DNA of 64,000 nt. It comes from an uncultured Acidobacteriota bacterium. GTDB lineage: Bacteria; Acidobacteriota; Thermoanaerobaculia; Multivoradales; SZUA-115. Of this stretch, positions 14,972-24,277 are shown piece after piece. The position numbers and the translations under genes are program-made. The notes under the pieces were generated by a model, which was not told the DNA's origin, did not search any database, and saw only the letters and a program-made list of their open reading frames with translations. The stretch's first letter is position 1; each line of letters opens with the position of its first letter. The stretch lies in assembly GCA_963805975.1 (NCBI GenBank), contig CAWDVR010000001.1, positions 512,001-576,000 on the forward strand. Reading direction: 5' to 3'.

Positions 14972-15877
14972 ATGGAGCCCCGGAACCACCTGGGGATCCT
15001 CGCCCTCCTGACCCTCATTTGGGGCACCACCTGGGCCGCGATCCGCGTCGGTCTCGAAGGGGTGCCCCCGATGACCGGGGCCGCGCTGCGCTTCGCGCTG
15101 GCCGCCCTGGTGCTGCTCGTCGTGGCCCGGGCGCGCAAGGTGCGGCTCGGCGCCACGGCCGTCGAGCGGCGGCTGTGGATCGCGAGCGGCGTGCTCAACT
15201 TCGCGGTCTCCTACGGCCTGGTCTACTGGGCCGAGCAGTACCTCCCCTCCGGCCTCGCGGCGGTGATCTTCGCTTCCTTCCCGCTGTTCGTGGCCGTGCT
15301 GGCGCACTTCTTCCTGCCCGGCGAGCGGCTGTCTCCGGCCGGCACGGCGGGCGTGGTGCTGGGCTTCGTCGGCATCGTCATCCTGTTCTCCGAGGACTTC
15401 GCGGCCTTCGGGGGCCCCAACGCCGCGCTCGCCGCCGTGGTTCTGCCGCTGGCCCCCTTTGCCGCCTCGATCGGGCAGGTGGCGGTGAAGCGCTGGGGGG
15501 AAGGGATCCACCCGCTGTCGCTCGCCTCGGTGCCCATGGGCTACTGCGCACTGATTCTGGGGGCCCTCGCCCTGCTCCTCGAACGGGGCAAGCCCGTGGT
15601 GCTCGACGCCACCTCGGTGGGCAGCATCCTCTACCTCTCGCTGGTCGGCTCGGCGCTCGCCTTCTCGCTCTACTTCTTCCTCTTGACCCGGCGGCCCGCG
15701 ACCTGGGTGGCGTTGGTGGCCTACACCTCGCCGGCGGTGGCGGTGATGGTCGGGGTGCTGGTTTTCGACGAGCCCTTCACCCCACGCCTGGTGGTGGGCA
15801 CCGCGGCGGTGTTGAGCGGGGTCCTGATGTCGGTCTGGGCCCACGGCCGGGCCAATGCCAAGCCCGCCCGCGAGTGA
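14972..15877 (+). CDS. EamA/DMT family transporter
   Basis: IWGTTW, PSGLAAVI, about 10 hydrophobic helices in two repeats. Confidence 0.88.
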   Translation: MEPRNHLGILALLTLIWGTTWAAIRVGLEGVPPMTGAALRFALAALVLLVVARARKVRLGATAVERRLWIASGVLNFAVSYGLVYWAEQYLPSGLAAVIFASFPLFVAVLAHFFLPGERLSPAGTAGVVLGFVGIVILFSEDFAAFGGPNAALAAVVLPLAPFAASIGQVAVKRWGEGIHPLSLASVPMGYCALILGALALLLERGKPVVLDATSVGSILYLSLVGSALAFSLYFFLLTRRPATWVALVAYTSPAVAVMVGVLVFDEPFTPRLVVGTAAVLSGVLMSVWAHGRANAKPARE

Positions 15878-15975
15878 TCTTGCCGCAAAGCGGCAGAGAT
15901 CTATGCCGCGCCGCGTTGTGGTAATATGCCGCAGTCAGTCAAGACGAGAGCACAGCCCATCCCCCGGAGGACCGC

Positions 15976-17899
15976 ATGAGCCGCCACGAGGCCGGAAACG
16001 TCACCGAGATGGAGTCCCGGAAGGTCGCGGAGGCGTCGCGCGAGACCGCCTGGGAGAAGCCGAGCTTCATGCGCGAGCTGTTCCTGGGCAACTTCCGGCT
16101 CGATCTCCTCTACCCGTACCCCACCCCGCAGCCCGACCGGCCCGAGTTCGCCGCCTTCTACCAGGCGTTCAAGACCTTCCTCCGCGACGAGGTCGACTCG
16201 ATCGCCATCGACACCACGGGCGAGTACCCGCCGCACGTGGTCCAGGGCCTCACCAAGCTCGGCGCCTTCGGCATGAAGATCCCCAAGGACTACGGTGGCC
16301 TGGGCTTCACCAACCTCGAGTACCAGCGCGTGATGGAGCTGGTGGGCTCGGTGGACGGCAACCTCTCGGCCCTGCTCTCCGCGCACCAGTCGATCGGCGT
16401 GCCGCAGCCGCTCAAGCTCTTCGGCAGCGACACGCTGCGCAAGAAGTACCTGCCGCGCTGCGCCGCCGGCGAGATCTCCGCCTTCGCACTGACCGAGGCC
16501 AACGTCGGCTCCGACCCGGCGCGGCTCACCACCCGCTACGAGCGGACGCCCGAGGGCGACTACCTGCTCAACGGCGAGAAGCTCTGGTGCACCAACGGCA
16601 CGCTCGCCAAGCTGCTGGTGGTGATGGCGGCCGACCCGGTGAGCGCGCAAGATCAGCGCCTTCGTGGTCGAGACCGCCTGGGCCGGCGTGAAGATCGAGC
16701 ACCGCTGCCACTTCATGGGCCTCCGGGCGCTGGCCAACGCGGTGATCAGCTTCAAGGACGTGCGCATCCCGGCCGAGAATCTGATCGGCCAGGAGGGCCG
16801 CGGGCTGAAGATCGCCCTCACCACGCTCAACGACGGCCGCCTGTCCATCCCCAACGGCTCGGTGGGCACCTCCAAGCAGTGCCTGGCGATCGTGCGCAAG
16901 TGGGCCAACGAGCGCGTGCAGTGGGGCAAGCCCGTGGGCAAGCACGAGGCGATCGCCCACAAGGTGGCGGACATGGCGGCCACCACCTTCGCCATGGAGG
17001 CGATCGTCAAGCTGGCGACGACGATGGCCGACCGCGGCGACTCGGACCTGCGGCTCGAGGCCGCGGCCTGCAAGGAATGGATCTCCTGCCGCACCTGGGA
17101 GATCGTCGACGACACCATGCAGATCCGCGGCGGCCGTGGCTACGAGACCGAGTCCTCGCTCGCCGCCCGCGGCGAGGAGCCGATCGGCGTCGAGCGCATG
17201 ATGCGCGACTACCGCATCAACCGCATCTTCGAGGGCTCGAGCGAGATCATGCATCTGCTGATGGCGCGCGAGGCGGTGGACAAGCACCTCGAGGTCGCCG
17301 GCGCGCTGATCGATCCCGAGAAACCCCTGGGCGCCAAGCTCGGAGCGCTGCCCCGGATGACGGCTTTCTACGGTGCCTGGTACCCCACGCGGTGGCTGGG
17401 CTGGGGCCACTGGCCGCGCTACGCCGGCTTCGGCCCGCTCGCCACGCACCTGCGCTTCGTGGAGCGGAGCTGCCGCAAGCTCTCGCGGCAGGTCTTCCAC
17501 GGCATGATGGTCCACCAGGCCAAGCTCCAGCACAAGCAGGGCTTCCTCTTCCGCCTGGTGGACATCGGCAACGAGCTCTTCGCCATGGCCTCGTCCGCGG
17601 CTCGTGCCCGCACCATGGCCACGGAGCGGCACCCGGAAGCGGCGAGCGCCATGGAGCTGGCGGACCTCTTCTGCCGGAACTCCCGGCGCCGCGTGCGCCA
17701 GCTCTTCCGCGAGCTGTGGTCGAACGACGACGCCTACAAGTACCGGCAGGCGCTCGCGGTGCTCGACGGCCGCCACGCCTGGCAGGAGGATCTGCTGCTC
17801 GAGCGCTCCGGCGCACGGGCCCCGGAGCGCCGGCCGGCGCGCGAGCCGGAGAACGTCCCCGCCGTGGCCGCCACCAGCCGCCCTGCGGAAGCCGTGTAG
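15976..17899 (+). CDS. Acyl-CoA dehydrogenase (VLCAD/ACAD9-like), interrupted by +1 frameshift near 16645
   Basis: SAHQSIG, AFALTE..GSD, LNGEKLWCTNG in one frame; continues as KISAFVVE..LNDGR..QIRGGRGYE..RIFEGSSEI in the next frame; may be an assembly error or a pseudogene. Confidence 0.85.
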
Positions 17900-17949
17900 G
17901 AGCACCCCGGCTTCCAGCCGGGGAGGCTTCCGGTGGAAGTCGAAGTGCG

Positions 17950-18426
17950 CTACTCGGGCACGTCGTAGCCCTTTTCCTTGAGCTTCGCCATCGCCTTCTG
18001 CGCGAGCTCCATGCCCCACTGCTGCCCGGCCTGCATGCTCTCCTGGAAGATCTGGGGTTGCTTCGCGGCGAAGCGCCGGCCGAGCGGAGAAGACCAGAAC
18101 GTCACCAGCGCTTCCGCGTCAGCCTGCGTCAGGTGCTTGCTGTAGATCGGAACGACGAGAGCCAGCAGCTCGTCCGCCGAGACCTGGGCGCGAAACTCTT
18201 CCCAGAACACCGCCGGCACCTGGGGCAGCGCGGCCCTCATCTGCGAGAGGATGCCATCCAGGGCCTGAACGCCGAGCTCGCCGCCGCCGGTCAGGTCGAG
18301 GAGCTGCCGGACGGTCGCGGAGGTGGCCGGACCCTCGGGTGGTGGCGGAGCCGAAGCCTCGGCCGTGGCGACGGCCGCTTGCAGCATGAAGCACGTCAGG
18401 AGCGCTGCGCGGGTCGGGCGGAGCAT
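17950..18426 (-). CDS. DUF2059 domain exported protein
   Basis: Signal peptide; IYSKHLTQAD..LVTFWSSPLGRR..QP..SMQAGQQWG pattern. Confidence 0.75.
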   Translation of the reverse strand: MLRPTRAALLTCFMLQAAVATAEASAPPPPEGPATSATVRQLLDLTGGGELGVQALDGILSQMRAALPQVPAVFWEEFRAQVSADELLALVVPIYSKHLTQADAEALVTFWSSPLGRRFAAKQPQIFQESMQAGQQWGMELAQKAMAKLKEKGYDVPE

Positions 18427-18450
18427 CGTGACCTCCTTGGATTGTGTTGC

Positions 18451-19425
18451 CTACAGCCAGCGCAGGATGCGCGAGTGGATGAAGCCCCAGATCACCATGC
18501 AGACCAGGAGGCCGACGACCACCAGGAAGCCGAACTTCCACTCGCTGGCCGGGAAGAGGTGGGCGAAGTTCATGCCGTAGATGCTGGCCACGAAGTTCGG
18601 CACCATGATGATGACGGTGATCGCGGTCAGCCGCTGCATGATGAGCCCCAGGCGGTTGAAGGCATAGAAGACGTGCGTGTCGAGCGCGGCGCTCAGCAGG
18701 TCCCGGTAGGTGTCCATCTCGGCCAGCACGTGCGAGGCGTGGTCCTGCACGTCGCCGAAGTAGGGCCGTAGCCCCTCGGGGATCGCCCCGTTCCGGCGCT
18801 GCACCTCGGCCAGCACGTGGCTGGTCGGCGCCAGCAGGCGGGGCACCTGGAGCAGCTCCTTGCGCAGCCGGAAGAGGTCGGCCGCCGCGCCTTCCACTCC
18901 GCCGAAGATCGCCTCCTCCACGCGGTCGATCCGTTCCCGCACCCGGTCCTGCACCGTGAAGTAGCCGTCGACCAGGCTTTCGAAGAGTGTGTAGGCGAGG
19001 CAGGCCACGCCGTAGGCCTGGCGCCCTTCGTGCTGCTCCCAGCGGCTGCGCGCTGCCGCGAGCACCGCCATCTCGGCGGCGCTCCGGCGATGGATGGTCA
19101 CCAGGTAGTTCTCGCCCCAGAAGAGGTTCATCTCGCGGGGCAGGAACTCCGTGCCCGTGTGCTCGGCGGCATAGACGACGATGAAGTAGTAGCCGCCGTA
19201 GGAAGTACAGCGCGGGCGCTCGTGCGGGCGGGTCACGTCCTCGAGCGCCAGCTCGTGGAAGCCGAACTCCCGCCGCAGGAGGTCCACCTCGTCCGGGCCG
19301 GGGTCGATGATGTCGAGCCACAGGCGGTTCTGAGGATTCGATCGCAGCTCGGCGAGCCGCTCGATGCCGACCTCTTCCGGCAGGCCGGCCTCCCCTCGGT
19401 CCACTATCAGCCGCATCGTTCCCAT
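18451..19425 (-). CDS. corA: CorA family Mg/Co transporter
   Basis: WLDI, FGFHELALED, GMN signature (SIYGMNF) between two C-terminal TM helices; start set at ATG 19425. Confidence 0.9.
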   Translation of the reverse strand: MGTMRLIVDRGEAGLPEEVGIERLAELRSNPQNRLWLDIIDPGPDEVDLLRREFGFHELALEDVTRPHERPRCTSYGGYYFIVVYAAEHTGTEFLPREMNLFWGENYLVTIHRRSAAEMAVLAAARSRWEQHEGRQAYGVACLAYTLFESLVDGYFTVQDRVRERIDRVEEAIFGGVEGAAADLFRLRKELLQVPRLLAPTSHVLAEVQRRNGAIPEGLRPYFGDVQDHASHVLAEMDTYRDLLSAALDTHVFYAFNRLGLIMQRLTAITVIIMVPNFVASIYGMNFAHLFPASEWKFGFLVVVGLLVCMVIWGFIHSRILRWL

Positions 19426-19498
19426 GGCTCTCCCTCTCGTGACCGTCGGTGACCTCGGGTGCAGCGCGTCGGAATGGCGAGAATCTATACTGGCTCGC

Positions 19499-20486
19499 AT
19501 GCGGGCTGTCGCTCCCTATTCTCCGAAGTCCCGTCCCACTCCTCTCCTCGCCGACTCTCCCGATCCGGCTCCCGGCCCCGGCGAGGTGCTGGTGCGCGTG
19601 GCCGCCGCGGGGCTCAACCGGGCCGACCTCCTGCAGATGCGCGGCCTCTATCCGCCGCCCGCGGGGGAGAGCCCGGTGCCGGGCCTCGAGTGCTCGGGCG
19701 TGATCGAGGCGCTGGGCGCGGGAGCCTACGGCTGGGCGCCGGGCCAACGGGTGATGGCGCTGCTGGCTGGCGGGGGGCAGGCGGAAAAAGCGTCGGTGCC
19801 GGTGGGGCAGTTGCTTGCCTTGCCCGCGAACCTGAGCTTCGCCGAGGGCGGCGGCATCCCGGAGGTGGGGCTGACCGCCTGGACCAACCTGGTGGCGGAG
19901 GGGGAGCTCGCGGCGGGTGAGACGGTGCTCATCACCGGCGCGGCCTCCGGGGTCGGTACATTCGCCGTGCAGCTCGCCCGCGAGCTGGGCGCGCGGGTGC
20001 TCGTGGCCGGCCGTTCGCTCGCGCGGCTCGAGGCCCTGCGCGAGCTGGGTGCCCACGCCTGCCTGGAGCTCGGAGAGGACCTGCCCTCCCGGCTGCGCGC
20101 GGCCAACCCACGGCCGGGGTGCGGACCTGGTGCTGGATCTGGTGGGCGGCCAGTGGCTGGCGAGCCACTTGGCCGCGCTCGAGAACCGGGGCCGGCTGGT
20201 GCTGGTGGGCTTGATGGCGGGCGCCAGGGCCGAGCTGGACCTCGGCGCCGTGCTCTCCCGCCGCCTCCGGATCGCGGGCTCGGTGCTCCGGCCGAGAAGC
20301 CGTGCCGAGAAATCAGCGCTGGTCCGAGCCTTTGGCGAGTTCGCCCTGCCGCGGCTGGCGGACGGACGCTTGCGGCCGGTGCTCGATCGGGTGTTCCCGT
20401 TCGAGCAGGTGGCGGAGGCCTACGCGGCGCTCGAGATCGGGGGCGCGCTGGGCAAGGTGGTGCTGGAGATGGATCGCTCACGGTAG
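19499..20486 (+). CDS. NAD(P)H:quinone oxidoreductase (PIG3/zeta-crystallin family), +1 frameshift near 20105
   Basis: AAGLNRADLLQ..G.YPPP, PGLECSG, GAASGVG; C-terminal half (GADLVLDLVGG..GSVLRPRS..GKVVL) in the shifted frame. Confidence 0.85.
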
Positions 20487-20691
20487 TTCGTTCGCTCGGT
20501 CCGCATTCCGCGGCCTCTCGGCGGTCGAGCGTTTCGCCGCCGCAGGTGCCGGAGACGTCGTCCGGCTCGTGGACATCGATCCGCCCGAGTGGCGCTTGCG
20601 GGTCGGCGACTGGCGGGTCCGGTTCCGTCTGAAAGCCTCGCCGGCACGGATGGTGGTGCTTCGAGTTTTGCCCCGCGACAAGGCGTACTGA
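20487..20691 (+). pseudogene. RelE/ParE-family toxin remnant lacking its N-terminus
   Basis: GDVVRL..PPEWRLRVGDWRVRF..VLRVLPRDKAY is a RelE-like C-terminus; no in-frame start after the upstream gene and no antitoxin. Confidence 0.55.
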
Positions 20692-20712
20692 ACTGCCGTC
20701 ACCGGCCGGCTG

Positions 20713-21012
20713 TCAGCAGCTCACTCCCCAGGCAGGGTGGTCGAGCACGAAGCCGTCGTCCTCGGTGTAGTCGAGGGTGGCGCCGTCGAGCTCGGTGGTG
20801 GCACGGTGGTCGAGCACCAGCGGAACACCGTCCACCTCGATCCGGGTGTCCTCGTCGTCGGTCCGGCGGCTGGCGGCCAGGCGGAAGCCCATGGCGCCGC
20901 AGCCGCCGGCGAAGGCGATGCGCAGGGCCTGGCCCTGGGGCAGATCGCGGCGCGCGGCCTCGACGGCAGCGGGAGTGAGGTGGAGGCGCAAAGACCCCGC
21001 GTCAGCCCTCAT
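20713..21012 (-). CDS. HesB/IscA (A-type carrier)-like protein
   Basis: LTPAA..LRIAFAGGCGAMGF..DGVPLVLD..LDGATLDY; ATG overlaps upstream TGA (ATGA). Confidence 0.7.
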   Translation of the reverse strand: MRADAGSLRLHLTPAAVEAARRDLPQGQALRIAFAGGCGAMGFRLAASRRTDDEDTRIEVDGVPLVLDHRATTELDGATLDYTEDDGFVLDHPAWGVSC

Positions 21013-21806
21013 CTCAGCACCACGTCCGCCACCACGCCCAGGTGGTCCGACAGCCGCGCCGGCACGGTGCGGTAGGAGGAGAAGGCGAGGTCGCGCGAGA
21101 TCAGGATCCAGTCCAGCCGGCGGCGGGGGCGGCGCGAGGGGTAGGTGGGCACCCGCGCCTCGGGCTCGAAGGCCTTCAACCCCAGCGTCTCGGTCAGCAG
21201 GTGCATGGTGCCGGGCTCGCGCTGCCAGCAGCAGTTGAGGTCGCCAAGGAGCACCAGGGGCCGGTCGCGGCCGGCCAGCACCTCGGTCAGGTGGCGGATG
21301 TGTTTGCGGCGCATGGCGGGGGTGAGGAAGTCGAGGTGCACGGAGGCGAGGTCGATCTCCTGGCCTTCCCACTCCGGCACCGACACGGTGGCGACCACGA
21401 AGCCCTTGGTGTCGCGCCAGGAGGCGCCGAAAGCGTGGGAGTCCGGCTCCTTGAGCGGCAGGCGTGCCAGGAGCGCCGTGCCGGAGGCCAGCTTCATGCG
21501 CCCGAAGCGGAAAGGGTTGTGCTCGCCGCGGAAGAAGTCGCCGAGGTCGGTCATCTGCGACAGCGCCGCCACGTGGTCGAAGTTGCCGCTCCAGGCCGAG
21601 GGCCCGTCGGCCTCCTGGAGCGCGACCACGTCGGGCCCCAGGCGCCGGACGGTGGCGGCGATGTCGGTCAGGTTGCGCTCGAGAGAGCCGTTCGAGACCA
21701 GCGCCTGGTGGGCGCGGTTGGAGCGGCCGTGGGCCACGTTCAAGGTCAGCAGGCGCAGCCTGCGGTCCCTCCCGGCTGCCGCCAAAGGCTCGACAGCCGG
21801 CTCCAT
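21009..21806 (-). CDS. Endonuclease/exonuclease/phosphatase family protein
   Basis: LLTLNV, DVVALQEAD, SVHL, LLGDLN, LDWIL, SDHL motifs. Confidence 0.88.
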   Translation of the reverse strand: MEPAVEPLAAAGRDRRLRLLTLNVAHGRSNRAHQALVSNGSLERNLTDIAATVRRLGPDVVALQEADGPSAWSGNFDHVAALSQMTDLGDFFRGEHNPFRFGRMKLASGTALLARLPLKEPDSHAFGASWRDTKGFVVATVSVPEWEGQEIDLASVHLDFLTPAMRRKHIRHLTEVLAGRDRPLVLLGDLNCCWQREPGTMHLLTETLGLKAFEPEARVPTYPSRRPRRRLDWILISRDLAFSSYRTVPARLSDHLGVVADVVLR

Positions 21807-21947
21807 CGCGCTCCAGGCCACTTCGTGCCCGGCGCGGTTCTGGTTGGCTGTGGGTAGCAAAGCGCGAATCCGTCTTTGCAGACGAACACCCCGCGAATCC
21901 TCTCGTCGCACCGTTCTAGGAAACCCTCCTGGGCAGCGGAATATTCT

Positions 21948-23828
21948 TCACCGGATGGGGCCGGGGACGGCCACCGCTTCTGCTTTGCGCGCCAGCACCT
22001 CGCGGATCTTCTGCGCCAACTGCTCGGCCGAGAAGGGCTTCTGCAAGAAGTCGACCTCCCCGGCCAGGATGCCGTGGCGCAGCACCACGTTGTCTGTGTA
22101 GCCGGAGACGAAGAGCACCGGCACCTCCGGCCACTCGCGGTGCAGGCGATCCCGGAGGTCGCGGCCGGAGAGGCCGGGCATCACCACGTCGGTCACCACC
22201 AGGTCGAACGGCCGCTCTCCTTCGCCGGCGCGCGCCAGGCGGAAGAGCGCGTCCTCGCCGTCGACGGCGGTGGTGACCTGGTAGCCCAGCTCGTGCAGCA
22301 CCTCCTTGATCGAGTGCCGGAGGTCGAGGTGGTCCTCGACCAGGAGCAGCGACTCGGTGCCGCGGGCCGCCGCCTGCTCGCGTACCGCCGCGGCCAGCTC
22401 CGGCCGTGCCTCGTGGCAGCGCGGCAGGTAGATCTTGAAGGTGGTGCCGCGGCCCGTTTCGCTGTAGACCCACAGGTGCCCGCCGGCCTGCTCGACGATG
22501 CCGTAGACGGTGGCGAGGCCGAGGCCGCTCGAGCCGCTGTCTCCCTTGGTGGTGAAGAAGGGCTCGAAGATCTTGTTGCGGATCGCCTGCGGGATGCCGG
22601 GCCCGTCGTCGGTCACGGTCAGCAGCACGAAGTCGCCGGCCGGGGGCAGGCCCTCGACCCGGTCCTCCCGCCTCTTGGTCACATTGCCGGTCTCGATCGT
22701 CACCTTGCCGCCGGTGGGCATGGCCTCGCGGGCGTTGACCAGCAGGTTGACGATCACCTGCTCGACCTGGGTGGGATCGACCCGCACCCGCCACAGGTCG
22801 AGCGACAGGCAGGTGGCGAGCTCGATGTCCTCGCCGATCAATTGCTGCATCATGCGCTCGAGGCCGCCCACGATCTCGTTGAGGTCCATCACCTGCGGCT
22901 GCACCGCCTGCCGGCGGCTGAACGCCAGCAGGCGCTTGATGAGGTCCGAGGCGCGGAAGCTGGTGGTGATGACCGCATCCATCTTCTCGGCCACCCGGCT
23001 GCCGGGCTCGGCCTTCATCTTCACCAGCTCGGCCTGGCCGGTGATCGCGGCCAGGTAGTTGTTGATGTCGTGGGCGATGCCCCCGGCCAGCCGGCCCACT
23101 GCTTCCATCTTCTGCGCCTGGAGCAGCCGCTCCTCGCTCTTGCGCAGGGCTTCCTCGGTCAGCCGCCGCCGCCGTTCCTTGCTCGCCAGGCCGAGAGCCG
23201 CCAGCAGGACCATCAGGCCCCAGCCCACCATGATGCCGTTGGCCAAGAGCCGCAAGCGCCGTTGCTGCGCGGCCAGATGATGGTGCAGCCCATCGGCCAG
23301 CTCCTGGGCCACGCCGGCGACCTCCAGGAAAGTGCGGTCGTACTCGCGGTCGACCGCCGAGCCGATGCCGACGCTCTCGCCCCGCACGTAGCCGTCCCGC
23401 CGGGCGCTGGTCAGGCGCGAGAACCCTTCGAGACGGCGTTCGAGATCCTGGGCCAGGGTGCGGAGCCGGGGATCGTCGAGCGGCGCGATGCGCGCTTCCT
23501 CGCCGAGCGAGCCGCCCGCGATCAGCATCCGGGCGCTGCCCACGGCGCGGCCGAACGAGGCGAGGACCCCGTCCATGTCCACCGCGTCGCCGGTCACGAA
23601 CTCCTCGATCCACAGGTGAGTGGTGGCGATCGAGGTCTGGATGTCGGAGACGATGCGCGCGCGGTCCGAGTTCTGTACCACCAGGCGCTCCTGCAGCCAG
23701 TTGCTGGTGAGGAGCAGGAGAATCGAGACCAGGCCCAGACCCAGCACGGCGAGCGGTGTCCAGTAGCCGCTCTCCGCGGCGCGCCGCAGCTCGGCCACCG
23801 GCTCGAGCGGCCCGCCGTGGTCGCTCAC
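21948..23828 (-). CDS. Membrane-bound hybrid sensor histidine kinase (HisKA-HATPase-REC)
   Basis: Two TM helices around a periplasmic region; QKMEAVGRLAGGIAHDINN, NLLVNAREA, FEPFFTTK, GLGLATVYGIV; C-terminal receiver TDVVMP..QKPF. Confidence 0.92.
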   Translation of the reverse strand: MSDHGGPLEPVAELRRAAESGYWTPLAVLGLGLVSILLLLTSNWLQERLVVQNSDRARIVSDIQTSIATTHLWIEEFVTGDAVDMDGVLASFGRAVGSARMLIAGGSLGEEARIAPLDDPRLRTLAQDLERRLEGFSRLTSARRDGYVRGESVGIGSAVDREYDRTFLEVAGVAQELADGLHHHLAAQQRRLRLLANGIMVGWGLMVLLAALGLASKERRRRLTEEALRKSEERLLQAQKMEAVGRLAGGIAHDINNYLAAITGQAELVKMKAEPGSRVAEKMDAVITTSFRASDLIKRLLAFSRRQAVQPQVMDLNEIVGGLERMMQQLIGEDIELATCLSLDLWRVRVDPTQVEQVIVNLLVNAREAMPTGGKVTIETGNVTKRREDRVEGLPPAGDFVLLTVTDDGPGIPQAIRNKIFEPFFTTKGDSGSSGLGLATVYGIVEQAGGHLWVYSETGRGTTFKIYLPRCHEARPELAAAVREQAAARGTESLLLVEDHLDLRHSIKEVLHELGYQVTTAVDGEDALFRLARAGEGERPFDLVVTDVVMPGLSGRDLRDRLHREWPEVPVLFVSGYTDNVVLRHGILAGEVDFLQKPFSAEQLAQKIREVLARKAEAVAVPGPIR

Positions 23829-24181
23829 CCGCCCTCCGGGGGCGCCAGCCGCCGCACCTGCGCGAGCAGATCGCTGAACGAGAAGGGCTTGAGGAGGCAG
23901 GCCTCCGCCAGCCCGCGAAGCTCTTCGGCGCGTTGGAGGTCGCCGGTCATGGCCAGCACCGGAAAGCGCCGGCCGGACGCGCGCCAGGCCGCCAGCAGCT
24001 CGCTGCCGGAAGGCGGCGGCAGGGTGGAGTCGAGGAGCACCAGATCATAGGCGCCGGCTTCGACGAGGGCGCGGGCCGCGGCACACGTGGCAGCGCGATC
24101 GACGGCGTGCCCTTCGCCGGCCAGGAGCTCGACGATCGCCTCGGCCAGCAAGGGCTCGTCCTCGACGACCAGGATCCTCAT
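23825..24181 (-). CDS. Single-domain response regulator
   Basis: ILVVEDE, DLVLLD, LKPF; 118 aa, stop overlaps kinase start. Confidence 0.85.
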   Translation of the reverse strand: MRILVVEDEPLLAEAIVELLAGEGHAVDRAATCAAARALVEAGAYDLVLLDSTLPPPSGSELLAAWRASGRRFPVLAMTGDLQRAEELRGLAEACLLKPFSFSDLLAQVRRLAPPEGG

Positions 24182-24277
24182 CTCGGTCCTGCGGGCTGCA
24201 CCGCCAGGCAGTGTAACAGCAGGCTGGCGCGCTGCCGGTCATGGGCCGTTCATCCATCGGACCTACAATTCCGCTCC

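Noticed and set aside
15976-18771. 931-aa ORF suggesting an acyl-CoA dehydrogenase fusion
   Set aside because: Sequence after about 16645 is out-of-frame read-through; the real domain continues in the 16664-17899 frame
20095-20115. Programmed ribosomal frameshifting at the three broken genes
   Set aside because: No slippery heptamer or homopolymer run, and these families are not known to be recoded
20713-20718. Cys-TGA end of the HesB-like gene as possible selenocysteine read-through
   Set aside because: The usual Sec position (GG-C/U) is Cys here, read-through gives no family-like sequence, and no convincing SECIS was seen
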